Counted from the first letter of the whole stretch, positions 1-10,125 are shown. The stretch is 60,887 nt of DNA, filler included, from 5 parts of 5 records of this genome joined end to end with filler, not necessarily neighbours in it, one strand, 5' to 3'. A program made the numbers and translations. Notes: a model not told the origin generated them from the letters alone.

Positions 1-28
1 AGGGTTTAAGAATCCCAAAAACTTTTAG
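1..28. repeat. Probable fragment of an intergenic REP-like repeat at the contig start
   Basis: The contig opens with AGGGTTTAAGAATCCCAAAAACTTTTAG, which resembles the right half of a palindromic intergenic repeat I recall from Maridesulfovibrio-type genomes (recall, not searched). Contigs often break at such repeats. Confidence 0.4.
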
Positions 29-56
29 TTATGTGATTCTGTACGAAACTCAATAA

Positions 57-1079
57 TTAGGGCTTAAGAAGAAATTTTTCACCGGACTTTACTGCCCGAG
101 ATGAAACACGCACCTTTCCGTCTTCAGTATCCCCAAGTACGAGAACTTTTACCCTCACACCATCAGGACGAACGATGAAAGTATCGTCATAGGCTTTGAG
201 CAGTGCGGACTTGGGAACAACGACTGCCCCGCCGGGATCAGGCATTTCTATGTTCAGTTCAGTTCGCAAGCCGCCCCGGAATTCAAAATTGCCCTTGCCG
301 ATTTCAAAATCAACTTCCACTTTGCGGGTTTCAGGGTCAAAATCAGGGGAAATACGTTCAAGTTTGGCAGGAACTTCAACAGCTAGGTCAGACAGTTTAA
401 GAATAATGCTGCCGCTTGCATTACGAACCTTCTTTAATTCGGGGATAGTTAATGCATAAGGAACAAGCAGAGTTTTAAAATTACCAAGCTCAGCTACTTT
501 TTCGCCCTTATTAACCCATTCCCCCGGCTCAATGTAGCGCTTGATCACCCGCCATCCCACCGGACCGCGCAGGGTGTAGCGGCGCAGATGCTCACGATCA
601 ATATTCAACTTGAGCTGAGTCGAGCGCAGTAAGGCTTCTGCAGATTCAAAATTACGTATATGCAGATCCAACTCGGACTGTGCGGCAGTATTTTTCTTGA
701 CCAGCTTGATATAGCGCTTGGCTTCTTTATCGTAGTAAGTCAGGTCGGAACGTAACCGCTTAAGATCAGCCTGCAACTGAGCAATCTCAAGCTTAATGAA
801 AGTAGGGTCCAGCTCGGCAAAACGTCCGCTCTTACCGATTGTGTCCCCTACATCAGAGTAAACTTTGGTGCATACAGCAGATTCTTCACTGACCAGCGTC
901 ATTGCCACTCTTGGTCTGGTGAATCCGATCAAAGTGACTACTCTTGAAGCCTGCCCTGCTTTGAAAGTTTTAGTGCTGGAAGCAAATACCTCCGGCAACA
1001 TATTACTTATCAAAGTAACTTGCATGAACAGCAGAAATACCACTGCCTTACTAATCAACTTTGTTTTAATTCCCATCAT
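57..1079 (-). CDS. Efflux RND transporter periplasmic adaptor (membrane fusion protein, HlyD family)
   Basis: N-terminal hydrophobic anchor, alpha-hairpin coiled coil, lipoyl half motifs (VYSDVGDTI; IEPGEWVNKGEKVAEL), ISPDFDPETRK, VVVPKSALL. Start moved to MMGIKTK (1079), overlapping the TetR stop. Confidence 0.88.
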   Translation of the reverse strand: MMGIKTKLISKAVVFLLFMQVTLISNMLPEVFASSTKTFKAGQASRVVTLIGFTRPRVAMTLVSEESAVCTKVYSDVGDTIGKSGRFAELDPTFIKLEIAQLQADLKRLRSDLTYYDKEAKRYIKLVKKNTAAQSELDLHIRNFESAEALLRSTQLKLNIDREHLRRYTLRGPVGWRVIKRYIEPGEWVNKGEKVAELGNFKTLLVPYALTIPELKKVRNASGSIILKLSDLAVEVPAKLERISPDFDPETRKVEVDFEIGKGNFEFRGGLRTELNIEMPDPGGAVVVPKSALLKAYDDTFIVRPDGVRVKVLVLGDTEDGKVRVSSRAVKSGEKFLLKP

Positions 1080-1704
1080 CCATCCCCTGTCTGGCCCGCT
1101 CTTTTTGCGGGATAGTAATAAAATCAAGGACCTGATCAAAAACAGTATCCATATCAAGCTCGGGCATGCTGTTCTGCAATCTCCCGGTTGAAACAAGGGT
1201 GGCTAAACCATGAACTGAAGCCCACAATGAAGCCACGGCTACATCGACCGACACATCACCCAACACACCGGTTTCGATACATTGGCTAACGGTCTCCTTA
1301 AAATTCATAAAATTTCGATGCGGTTTTCCAATCCATTTTTCTGGATCGGCAAACGAAGGAGCCCTTCTGTTGAAGAATAACTCATAGAACTCAGGTTCAG
1401 CACATGCAAACGCAAGATAAATACGCCCTCCTTCCCGTAAGCGCTCAAAAGGGTCCTCTATCTCCGGCAAATGAGCCTGCATACGCCCGAATTTTTCCAT
1501 ACCTACATATTTGAGGGAAAGAAGAAGCTCTTCCTTGTTCTTGAAATATCGGTAAAGAGCTGCCGGACTGTAATCAATTTTAGCCGCAATCTTGCGCATG
1601 GAAACATTATCAAATCCATCCTTAACGAACAGCTCTCTTGCTGCATCAAGGATTCTTTGCTTCATCCGTTTATGCTCTTCTTCTCTTCTACTTATTCTTG
1701 ACAT
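1066..1704 (-). CDS. TetR/AcrR family transcriptional regulator
   Basis: RILDAARELFVKDGFDNVSMRKIAAKIDYSPAALYRYFKNKEELL TetR HTH; C-terminal WASVHG (WHG-type domain). Confidence 0.95.
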   Translation of the reverse strand: MSRISRREEEHKRMKQRILDAARELFVKDGFDNVSMRKIAAKIDYSPAALYRYFKNKEELLLSLKYVGMEKFGRMQAHLPEIEDPFERLREGGRIYLAFACAEPEFYELFFNRRAPSFADPEKWIGKPHRNFMNFKETVSQCIETGVLGDVSVDVAVASLWASVHGLATLVSTGRLQNSMPELDMDTVFDQVLDFITIPQKERARQGMDDGN

Positions 1705-1716
1705 AAGCTGCGTCTA

Positions 1717-1749
1717 GCAAACAGTGTTCACTTTGTAAACACCGTTTAC
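1717..1749. promoter_or_regulatory. Two tandem palindromic operators upstream of TetR
   Basis: GCAAAC-agt-GTTCAC (1717-1731) and GTAAAC-acc-GTTTAC (1735-1749), 13-45 nt upstream of the TetR start codon. Confidence 0.6.
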
Positions 1750-1790
1750 GGTATTTTCACATTAACGTTTCCAGAGCTTAATTAAGCACA

Positions 1791-1838
1791 AAAGAAAAGA
1801 CCGACCATGCATTTTTTAGCAAATGCAAATGGCCGGCC
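1791..1838 (-). terminator. Intrinsic terminator after the HD-GYP gene
   Basis: Minus strand GGCCGGCCAT..GCATTT/AAATGC..ATGGTCGGTC stem followed by TTTTCTTT. Confidence 0.65.
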
Positions 1839-1877
1839 TATATGCCTACTCTAAAAATTTAACCTGATTAACTACTT

Positions 1878-2936
1878 CTAATCAGCACAGCTTTCTTTGA
1901 TGGAAAGTATCTCATCAAGATTTTCAAAAAACAGATCAATAAGTTCAGGATCAAAATGTTTACCGCGCCCCTCTTTCATAATTTTCAGAGATTTCTCAAC
2001 GGAAAACGGTTCCTTATAAGGACGTTTACTAGACAGAGCATCAAAAACATCCGCAACAGCACAAATCCTACCCGGCAGCGGAATATCCGCACCCGAAAGA
2101 CCGGAAGGATAACCGGAACCATCCCACTTTTCATGGTGGCTCAGGGCTATTACCGCTCCCATGCTAATGTAATCTGAACTACCCATAGAAAGGATATTTC
2201 CACCAATAACGGCGTGACTTTTCATAACGTCCCACTCTTCAGCGGTAAGTTTTCCGGGCTTAAGCAATATCCTGTCCGGAATACCAATCTTACCAATATC
2301 ATGCATGGGACTGCTGGTATGGATCAACTGCACGGTTTCTTTATCAAGACCAATTTTTTCAGCTAAAATACGACTATACTCAGCCATGCGGACCAAATGA
2401 TTAGCTGTCTCCTCATCTTTATATTCAGCGGCCGCGCAAAGATGATGAATAGTTTCAACATGCGCTTCATCAAGCTGGGATAAAGCTTCACGTAATTCAA
2501 GGGTCCTACTTTCAACCATTTCATGAAGATCAACCTGAAAAGCTTTAATCTCATCATGCTGTGCTTTTTGACGAAGCATAGATTCGGTACGGACTTTAAG
2601 CTCTACAATATCAACGGGCTTGGTTATGAAGTCATTAGCCCCGACCTCAACAGCCTTGAGCCGGTCACCTTTCTGAGAAAGGGTTGTGACCATTATTACA
2701 GGGATGTCCTGTGTCTCGTTATTTTCCCGAATTTTTCCAACAAATTCAAAACCATTCATTACCGGCATCATCACGTCACTGAGCACAAGATCAAAGGTGC
2801 GGTCCAGCTTTTCAAGAGCTACCACTGCATTCTCAGCTCCGACAACATCATGTCCCAGCTTGGTTAAAATACCTTCCAGCAGCATAATGTTATGCGGCTC
2901 GTCATCAACTACTAATATTTTTCTTCTGCACTCCAT
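1878..2936 (-). CDS. Response regulator with HD-GYP cyclic-di-GMP phosphodiesterase domain (RpfG-like)
   Basis: REC domain (ILVVDD, DVMMP, FITKP) followed by HDIGKIGIPD and HHEKWDGSGYP. Confidence 0.95.
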   Translation of the reverse strand: MECRRKILVVDDEPHNIMLLEGILTKLGHDVVGAENAVVALEKLDRTFDLVLSDVMMPVMNGFEFVGKIRENNETQDIPVIMVTTLSQKGDRLKAVEVGANDFITKPVDIVELKVRTESMLRQKAQHDEIKAFQVDLHEMVESRTLELREALSQLDEAHVETIHHLCAAAEYKDEETANHLVRMAEYSRILAEKIGLDKETVQLIHTSSPMHDIGKIGIPDRILLKPGKLTAEEWDVMKSHAVIGGNILSMGSSDYISMGAVIALSHHEKWDGSGYPSGLSGADIPLPGRICAVADVFDALSSKRPYKEPFSVEKSLKIMKEGRGKHFDPELIDLFFENLDEILSIKESCAD

Positions 2937-2952
2937 GAAAAAACCATCCCGT

Positions 2953-5637
2953 TTATTCAGGCCTTTCTTCAGGAATATTAATATTTATCACTGTTTCATT
3001 ACGCTCATCATAAGTTTGCATTTTAATATCATAATGCATGGCATCAGCCATGAGCTTTGCTGAATATGTTCCTAGTCCGGTACCGCTATCTTTACCATGA
3101 GTCACGTATTTATGAAAAAATCTATCCCTGATCTGCTCAGGTACCACTCCGGTATTCTTAATCGAAATTAAACTATTACCATTCTGCATAAATTCAATAA
3201 CTATTTTCCCCCCGGGGGGCGAGGCTTCAATAGCATTGGTCAACAATCCGGAAAGTAAAGAATAGATCAACCTCTCCTCACCCCAGACTATAACAGATTC
3301 ATCAAAATTAGAATTTCCAGAAACAAGTAATTCCACTTCCACTTTTTGCGCTGAAATATTTGACCGGCAATTATCAAGGACCTGTCTTACCACACAGATA
3401 ACATCAACCTGCAAGGGGTAATATTCATATTTTCCAGTTTCCATTTTAAACATGTCCAGTGACATATCAATCATATGGAGCATATTCTTACCGGAATTTT
3501 CAATGGTCTTGAGCAATTCATGCTGCTGCTCAGTCAAGTTGTCATCCATGCGCAGCAATCCCGGAAGCCCAATAATACCATTAAGCGGGGTTTTCAAGTC
3601 ATGACGCATGATCAAATCCACATCGGACTTAAGACGCTCCAGCTCCTTCTGATCGTTTATATTATCCTTTACCGCAACATAACTGACAACTTCACCTTTT
3701 TCATTATAAACAGGTGAGATAGACGCTAACTCCCAATAAAATGAACCGTCTTTCTTTTTGTTAACAATCTCCCCCCGCCATGTTCTTCCGCTGACTAGAG
3801 TTTCCCACATACCCTTGTAAAATAACTCATCATGCTCACCGGACCTTAAAATTCTCGGGTTTTCACCGATAACATCCTTTTTTGAATACCCTGTCTGTTT
3901 ACAAAAAAATGGATTAACATAAATAATTGCTCCTTTGGTATCAGTGATAACAACTGATACAGGGGCATTCTCAATTGCCCTGGTCAAAATTTTCAACCTT
4001 TCTTCCCAAGCTTTTCTCTCGGTAATATCCAGGACAACTCCCTCAACAACATTTATTTCAAGTTCAAAATCATAAGCCAGATAGGCATAGACGGACACAC
4101 ACCGTTCCTGTCCATCAGGAGTAGTGAATTCCACTTCATATTCCGTTGATTCGACCTCACCGGAAATTACCCGGGCATTATTCTTTTCTGCTATGACAAG
4201 AGACTCCGCCGCAAAATCAAAAAGCTCTGTCCAGCTTCGCCCAAGCCCGACTTCAGGAGAGCCATACCCAAGATGAATAAACCCCTCACTCAAACGAATA
4301 AATTCACCATTAATTGTATGGGAAAAGAAAACAAATTTACTACTCAATTTATCAGTAACATGATCAAAGCGGGTTTTACTCTCTCTAAGTTCTTCTTCAA
4401 TTAATTTACGATCAGTAATATCGTGAACGGTTCCATACGCACGGACCGGATTACCATTATCGTCGTAACTAAATCTGCCCCGCGACGAAACATACCGAAC
4501 TCCCCCGTCAGGACGCATTATCCTATGGTCCAATGAATAGGGATCACCGCTCTTCATAGACTCAACATATGTGTCACTGACAACCTTACGATCTTTATTA
4601 TAAATAAGTCCGCTGAAAAATCCTTTCTTTGAAGGAATATATTCACCCTTAACCAATCCAAAAATCCGGTATGTCTCATTTGACCACCAGATTTTTCCCG
4701 TCAATAGATCCATAGACCAATTACCAAGATGAGCAATGGACTGGGCTTCACTTAGATTGTTTTTTACCATTTCAACTTCAGCATTTTGGGTAATAATTTT
4801 GTAAATGGTAAAACAAATACTAAGAGCGAGCAGAAATAAAATTGCATGCAGAATGATTGATCCTGGAGGTATTATTCCCCAGCCTCCCGCAGGTACAGCG
4901 GCAATCTTCCATGATCCGGATGAAAGGACAACCTGCATGGTGACAGGGCTGTTTCCGGGATCAAACAACTTTGAATCTCCCCAAAATACAGCACCATCCA
5001 CACCTTTAGCGTCCACACCGCGAATAGCAACATCTAGATTCGGAATACTTGATAATCCGGCGTCAACTAAAAGCTCATCCAAATCTATAACCGCAGAGAC
5101 AACTCCCCAGAAATATTCATTTGAACGCACAAAAACAGGAGCACGTCCAATCAATCCTTTCCCGCCCTGAACCAAATCAAGCGGTCCGGCAACTACCATT
5201 TTTCCAGTATCATGAACCTGTTTAACCTTATCCCACTGCTCGGGTGAAAACCTGTAATCCAAACCAAGCACAGTCTCATTGCCATCAAGCGGATACACAT
5301 ATTTAACGACATAATCAGGAGCTACACCGATATTCTTGATCAGTTTTGACCGGAAAAGCATTCCCTGACAATAACTCTCCAATTCACTTGTACGAAATTC
5401 CGGATGATAAGAGACATAGTCGGCCAAGCCCTGAATCAACAAAAGATTGCTGTTTACTTCCTTTTCAAGCTGAGCACGTATCGCTGCGGTCTGATGGTAA
5501 ACAGATAACTTCTGGTCATTCCTATAGCGCTGATAAAGCTGATACTGGATAAATATATCCAATGTCAGGAATAAACCTAGTACAACCGCTATATACTTAA
5601 AAAAAACAATCTTTGGTTTACGCATAACTAAAAACAA
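2953..5637 (-). CDS. CHASE + PAS sensor histidine kinase
   Basis: TM-CHASE (GPLDLVQGG..IGRAPVF)-TM, three PAS/PAC units (DITDRK, DITERK), HisKA HDLKTPL, HATPase G-box GTGLG. Confidence 0.92.
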   Translation of the reverse strand: MFLVMRKPKIVFFKYIAVVLGLFLTLDIFIQYQLYQRYRNDQKLSVYHQTAAIRAQLEKEVNSNLLLIQGLADYVSYHPEFRTSELESYCQGMLFRSKLIKNIGVAPDYVVKYVYPLDGNETVLGLDYRFSPEQWDKVKQVHDTGKMVVAGPLDLVQGGKGLIGRAPVFVRSNEYFWGVVSAVIDLDELLVDAGLSSIPNLDVAIRGVDAKGVDGAVFWGDSKLFDPGNSPVTMQVVLSSGSWKIAAVPAGGWGIIPPGSIILHAILFLLALSICFTIYKIITQNAEVEMVKNNLSEAQSIAHLGNWSMDLLTGKIWWSNETYRIFGLVKGEYIPSKKGFFSGLIYNKDRKVVSDTYVESMKSGDPYSLDHRIMRPDGGVRYVSSRGRFSYDDNGNPVRAYGTVHDITDRKLIEEELRESKTRFDHVTDKLSSKFVFFSHTINGEFIRLSEGFIHLGYGSPEVGLGRSWTELFDFAAESLVIAEKNNARVISGEVESTEYEVEFTTPDGQERCVSVYAYLAYDFELEINVVEGVVLDITERKAWEERLKILTRAIENAPVSVVITDTKGAIIYVNPFFCKQTGYSKKDVIGENPRILRSGEHDELFYKGMWETLVSGRTWRGEIVNKKKDGSFYWELASISPVYNEKGEVVSYVAVKDNINDQKELERLKSDVDLIMRHDLKTPLNGIIGLPGLLRMDDNLTEQQHELLKTIENSGKNMLHMIDMSLDMFKMETGKYEYYPLQVDVICVVRQVLDNCRSNISAQKVEVELLVSGNSNFDESVIVWGEERLIYSLLSGLLTNAIEASPPGGKIVIEFMQNGNSLISIKNTGVVPEQIRDRFFHKYVTHGKDSGTGLGTYSAKLMADAMHYDIKMQTYDERNETVININIPEERPE

Positions 5638-5642
5638 TGAGC

Positions 5643-7001
5643 CTATTCTTCAGACCCAACAGTTACCGGACAACTTCTCAAAACAAGAAATCCTAAAATT
5701 CCGGCAACAACAGAAGCCGCAAGAATACTGAACTTGGCATCAACAATAAATGGAGATGAAACATCCCAAGCAAGGGTGGTAATAAAAATAGACATAGTAA
5801 AACCTATCCCGGCCAGCAGTGCCGCCCCTACAAAATGTCCAGGTACGAGTGTTTTCGGCATTTCAGCAATTCCGCTCTTAACGGCTACCCAGCTGGCAAA
5901 ACATATTCCTATGACTTTCCCCACAATCAAACCGGAAAAAATACCAAGACTTACCGGATGAAAGACATCAAGTCCGCCCCCTTCGCCTCCGAAGTTAATC
6001 CCGGCATTTGCAAGGGCAAAGACAGGCATAATCCCGAAAGCCACCCAGTAATGAAGGTTATGCTCAATCCTCTTAAGCGGAGGACTGGCCATAAGCACAG
6101 ACCTGTTCATATCACCGAGGGCGGAAAGCATCCGTTTATTGGAAAGAGTTACACTGTTTTTATCACCACCCACCTCATATTCCATAAGATGGTTACGCAT
6201 GGGTACCAGAAAATCTGTACAGCAAAGTTTAGTCGAAGCCGGAATGGTCATGGCTGCAAGTACGCCGGCAACAGTGGCGTGTACCCCGCTTTTGAGAAAA
6301 GCCAGCCACATCAGGCACCCGAAAAACAAATAAGGAAGCGGATGGCGCACACCCAGACGGTTCAGCACAATCATACACAGGAAGAATAGCATCCCCAGAC
6401 CGATAATCCAGAGTGATATGCCCGAAGAATAAAAAATAGCGATAACAAGTATTGCACCGATGTCATCAACAATGGCGACTGCAGTGAGAAAAATCTTGAG
6501 ACTCAACGGAACACGATCACCGAGCATGGAAAGCACACCCAGAGAAAAAGCGATATCCGTAGCCATGGGAATTCCCCAACCATCAGCAGAAGGAGTTCCA
6601 ATATTAAAAAATGCATATACAAGCGCCGGAACGACCATCCCACCGATGGCCGCAAAAATCGGCAATGAGGCCTGCCTGAAAGAATTTAGTTCACCGACCA
6701 GAATTTCACGTTTGATCTCAAGCCCGACCAGAAAAAAGAAAACAGCCATCAAACCGTCATTGATCCAGAGAATAGCTGGTTTTGAAAGAATAAAATCACC
6801 AGCCCCGACAGTAAGCGGCATATTTTTGAAAGCTTCATAAAAATGACCCCAAGGAGAATTAGCCCAGATCAAGGCAATGATTGTTGCTATGATCAGAACC
6901 AACCCACCGGAAGATTCAATCTTTACGAACTCATAAAAAGGCTGAAGCATTTTATCAATTCTCGGCTCACTATCCCTGCTCACAACTTGTGCTTTGCTCA
7001 T
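5643..7001 (-). CDS. nhaA: Na+/H+ antiporter NhaA
   Basis: WINDGLMAVFFFLVGLEIKRE, GWGIPMATDIAF, AIVDD, GIGFTMSIFI. Start moved to MSKAQ (7001) behind an AGGGGG RBS. Confidence 0.95.
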   Translation of the reverse strand: MSKAQVVSRDSEPRIDKMLQPFYEFVKIESSGGLVLIIATIIALIWANSPWGHFYEAFKNMPLTVGAGDFILSKPAILWINDGLMAVFFFLVGLEIKREILVGELNSFRQASLPIFAAIGGMVVPALVYAFFNIGTPSADGWGIPMATDIAFSLGVLSMLGDRVPLSLKIFLTAVAIVDDIGAILVIAIFYSSGISLWIIGLGMLFFLCMIVLNRLGVRHPLPYLFFGCLMWLAFLKSGVHATVAGVLAAMTIPASTKLCCTDFLVPMRNHLMEYEVGGDKNSVTLSNKRMLSALGDMNRSVLMASPPLKRIEHNLHYWVAFGIMPVFALANAGINFGGEGGGLDVFHPVSLGIFSGLIVGKVIGICFASWVAVKSGIAEMPKTLVPGHFVGAALLAGIGFTMSIFITTLAWDVSSPFIVDAKFSILAASVVAGILGFLVLRSCPVTVGSEE

Positions 7002-7123
7002 GGAAACCCCCTGCATATCGTGCGCTATATTTAAGTATACGAACAAATTATATTTATTAAACCAGCACCACCATAACAGGAATGTATGTATATGGAAATT
7101 ACTTAAAAGATGATTATAAATGG

Positions 7124-7156
7124 AAAAGCGGGCTCCAGTCGCACTGAAACCCGCTT
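7124..7156 (-). terminator. Intrinsic terminator
   Basis: Minus strand AAGCGGGTTTCAGT-GCG-ACTGGAGCCCGCTT with a short T tract, just downstream of 7177-7566. Confidence 0.6.
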
Positions 7157-7176
7157 CAAAATACATCATTAAATTT

Positions 7177-7566
7177 CTACTGATTTGAATGTGCTTCCTT
7201 GATTCTGGCAGCAATGTATTCCTTGGGTTCGGCATCATCAGCATCGAAGCAGTGCCCATCCTGACCAAGAAGGCCACCGGGAACAAAATCGCCAAGCTCA
7301 TCAGGATCATTGATGCAATCACCGAAAAAGCAGACGGAAAGCCAGCGGTTAGCGGGATCATCGTCAATAACATCCACCATTGCGAAAAGAGGCCATTTTT
7401 CCTGACCTTTCTTTACTCCGCGCATGGAATAGGTAACTCCGGGACGGGCATGGAATTCAATCTCAGTGTTATCGAGTGAGTCAAGAATCTGCTTAAATTC
7501 AACAAAAACATCTTTCACACCGGCAGGATCTTCAGTCCATTCAGAAATAAATTTTTCCAGTTCCAT
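7177..7566 (-). CDS. Conserved hypothetical protein, divergent from fur
   Basis: 129-aa acidic globular ORF with an AGGAG RBS and a terminator. No family assigned. Confidence 0.8.
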   Translation of the reverse strand: MELEKFISEWTEDPAGVKDVFVEFKQILDSLDNTEIEFHARPGVTYSMRGVKKGQEKWPLFAMVDVIDDDPANRWLSVCFFGDCINDPDELGDFVPGGLLGQDGHCFDADDAEPKEYIAARIKEAHSNQ

Positions 7567-7715
7567 TTTGCAAAACTCCTTGGTTGAATATTATCGATCC
7601 CCGCAAAGGGTGAAACGAAACTACCCTGAAAACTATAATAATTTATGCTCAGGACATAATTTCGTCACTTTTTTTGCGATATTCATACTCCTAGGAATAA
7701 ATATGGGCAATGATC

Positions 7716-7762
7716 AATTGACATCGGTCTTCAATTCAATGTAAGTGAACTGTATTCTCAAA
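7716..7762 (+). promoter_or_regulatory. Fur-box-like sites over the fur promoter
   Basis: AATTGA-N9-TCAATT (7716-7736) contains a TTGACA -35. A second TGA-N9-TCA site with a TATTCTCAA half-site lies at 7746-7761. Confidence 0.45.
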
Positions 7763-7791
7763 GGTAATCATAAATTTTTGGATACAGTTTA

Positions 7792-8232
7792 ATGAAATCA
7801 GCACAGGACATATTTACTGAATATCTGACTCGTCAGAGACTTAAAATGACCCCCCAGCGCAGGACAATCCTTCAAGTGTTCCTTGCTGAGGAAGGTCATA
7901 TTTCATCAGAAGAACTGTACAACCTTGTCCGTACAGAAGATTCATCCATCGGACAGGCTACTGTTTACCGTACCCTTAAACTTCTTGCTGATTCTGGCAT
8001 TGCCAAATCCGTCGACTTCAACGACGGAGTCATCCGCTATGAACATAAATACGGTCATGAGCATCATGACCATCTTGTGTGCGAACGTTGCGGTAAGACC
8101 ATTGAAGCTGTGGATAACGAAATTGAACATCTACAGGAAGAACTCGCCAAGAAATATGGCTTTGAACTTACCCATCATGAGATGTATCTTTTCGGCGTCT
8201 GCAAGGAGTGCCAGGGAAAAAGCGAGAAATAA
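7792..8232 (+). CDS. fur: Ferric uptake regulator, Fur family
   Basis: TPQRRTIL, H-x-S-x-EELY, ATVYRTL, HHDHLVCERCG and C-terminal CKEC. Confidence 0.9.
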   Translation: MKSAQDIFTEYLTRQRLKMTPQRRTILQVFLAEEGHISSEELYNLVRTEDSSIGQATVYRTLKLLADSGIAKSVDFNDGVIRYEHKYGHEHHDHLVCERCGKTIEAVDNEIEHLQEELAKKYGFELTHHEMYLFGVCKECQGKSEK

Positions 8233-8257
8233 CGCAAAGATTTCCTTACACACACTT

Positions 8258-8293
8258 AAAAGCGCCGCCTGATCTCAGACGGCGCTTTTTTTT
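8258..8293 (+). terminator. Intrinsic terminator after fur
   Basis: AAAAGCGCCGcCTGA-TC-TCAGaCGGCGC followed by 8 T. Confidence 0.85.
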
Positions 8294-8390
8294 GCCCACA
8301 AGGGAATTTAATAAAGGCAATTGGCGGGATAAAATATCCCTTTTTATCTAATTACATGAGGCTGCTAAGCCCCGCTAAACAGAGGATTGT

Positions 8391-8765
8391 ATGATCAAGC
8401 CCGACTTTGAAAAAATGAACGGTCTGGTACCGGCCATCGCACAAGATGCAGAAACAGGAGAAATCCTGATGATGGCTTACATGAATGAAGAAGCATGGAA
8501 TAAGACGCTTGAAACCGGCGATGCACATTACTGGAGCAGAAGCCGGAACACCCTCTGGCATAAAGGCGGAACATCCGGTCATGTGCAGAAAATCAAATCC
8601 ATTAAGATTGATTGTGATGAGGATACCCTTGTCCTGCTTGTGGACCAGATCGGCGGTGCAGCCTGTCACAAAGGATACAGAAGCTGTTTTTATCGTGAAC
8701 TCAAGGATGGCGAAGTAATCGAATGTTCGCCCATGGTTTTTGACCCCAAGGAGGTATACAAATAA
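8391..8765 (+). CDS. hisI: Phosphoribosyl-AMP cyclohydrolase
   Basis: [43 protein letters not shown]. Confidence 0.97.
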   Translation: MIKPDFEKMNGLVPAIAQDAETGEILMMAYMNEEAWNKTLETGDAHYWSRSRNTLWHKGGTSGHVQKIKSIKIDCDEDTLVLLVDQIGGAACHKGYRSCFYRELKDGEVIECSPMVFDPKEVYK

Positions 8766-9640
8766 TGTCCAAGCAACTTAAAATCGGACTGCCCAAAGGA
8801 TCCCTGCAGGATGCAACTATCAAACTTTTCGCCAAATCAGGCTGGAAAGTAAACCTGCACCACAGAAACTATTTCCCTGATGTGAACGACGATGAGTTAA
8901 ACATCTCCATGTGCCGTGTACAGGAAATCTCCCGTTATATTGAAGACGGAGTTTTGGATTGCGGACTTGCCGGAAGGGACTGGGTTCTTGAAAACAAATC
9001 CGATGTTATTGAAATTTCAAGCCTCGTTTACTCAAAGGTCAGCAACCGTCCCGCCCGCTGGATTCTGGCTGTTTCCGGAGATTCCCCATACAGAAAACCC
9101 GAAGATCTTGCCGGAAAAAAAATCGCCACCGAACTTCTCGGTGCTACCAAGGAATACTTTAAATCCAGAAATATTGATGTAGATGTTTTCTACTCCTGGG
9201 GTGCCACTGAAGCAAAAGTAGTTGAAGGACTCTGCGACGCCATTGTCGAAGTGACTGAAACAGGAACAACCATCAAAGCCCACGGTTTGCGCGTAATTGA
9301 CGAAGTTATGTCCACCAACACAGTATTCATCGTCAACAAAGACGCATGGAACGATCCTTGGAAACGCAAAAAAATTGAAAATATCAACCTGCTCCTCCAA
9401 GGTGCGCTGCGTGCTGAAAAAATGGTCGGCCTGAAAATGAATATGCCTAAGGCCTCCCTTGAAAGAGCCATGAAAGTAATGCCCAGCTTAAACTCCCCCA
9501 CCGTGTCCGATCTTTCCGACCCTGAATGGGTATCCGTAGAGATTATGGTCGAGGAAGTAGTTGTACGCGAACTCATCCCCGAACTCATCGACATGGGTGC
9601 GGAAGGCATTATTGAATACCCGCTGAATAAAGTAATCTAG
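8765..9640 (+). CDS. hisG: ATP phosphoribosyltransferase, long form
   Basis: LKIGLPKGSL, SWGATE, DAIVEVTETGTT, C-terminal regulatory domain (SPTVS..GAEGI). TAATG overlap with hisI. Confidence 0.96.
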   Translation: MSKQLKIGLPKGSLQDATIKLFAKSGWKVNLHHRNYFPDVNDDELNISMCRVQEISRYIEDGVLDCGLAGRDWVLENKSDVIEISSLVYSKVSNRPARWILAVSGDSPYRKPEDLAGKKIATELLGATKEYFKSRNIDVDVFYSWGATEAKVVEGLCDAIVEVTETGTTIKAHGLRVIDEVMSTNTVFIVNKDAWNDPWKRKKIENINLLLQGALRAEKMVGLKMNMPKASLERAMKVMPSLNSPTVSDLSDPEWVSVEIMVEEVVVRELIPELIDMGAEGIIEYPLNKVI

Positions 9641-9679
9641 CCTTCAAATGTGCTGACGGGCACAATGAGAAACAATCCC

Positions 9680-9714
9680 AAAAGGGGCTGTGAGATTATT
9701 CCACAGCCCCTTTT
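9680..9714. terminator. Bidirectional intrinsic terminator
   Basis: AAAAGGGGCTGTG...CACAGCCCCTTTT between convergent genes. Confidence 0.85.
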
Positions 9715-9732
9715 CTTAATTAAATATCAAAA

Positions 9733-10125
9733 TTACTGCGAAACAATTTTTACACACATTGGTACCTGCTTGTTACCCAGCTGAATCAATATCTGCTGCT
9801 GACCTGCCGGGCACGAGTTACTATTACTATAACTGATCCTCGCACAGCGAACTTTGGATTCACCTTGAATGTAGAATGGGAAAGTCCCAGGAGGACAGCT
9901 AATATTTGCACCGACAAGAGGAGGCTGGTTCCCAAACAATTCTTTTTTGACTCCCGCAATGCACGCGGGAAGATATTCATCACCAAGCCCCTCTTTGGAC
10001 AGTGACTTCCTACATTCCTGCTCAATCAGGGAATCAAACTCTGATGCCTGGACAGATACCGCCAGTAAAGCAATTAACAGCAGGCAAGAAGCAACCATAA
10101 TAGAAATAATTTTCACATTTTTCAT
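9733..10125 (-). CDS. Small secreted cysteine-rich hypothetical protein
   Basis: GGAG RBS, signal peptide MKNVKII...VSVQA, six Cys in the mature part. Confidence 0.7.
   Translation of the reverse strand: MKNVKIISIMVASCLLLIALLAVSVQASEFDSLIEQECRKSLSKEGLGDEYLPACIAGVKKELFGNQPPLVGANISCPPGTFPFYIQGESKVRCARISYSNSNSCPAGQQQILIQLGNKQVPMCVKIVSQ

Noticed and set aside
7002-7373. 124-aa N-terminal extension of NhaA
   Set aside because: It overlaps another gene and its terminator; a good RBS precedes the ATG at 7001.
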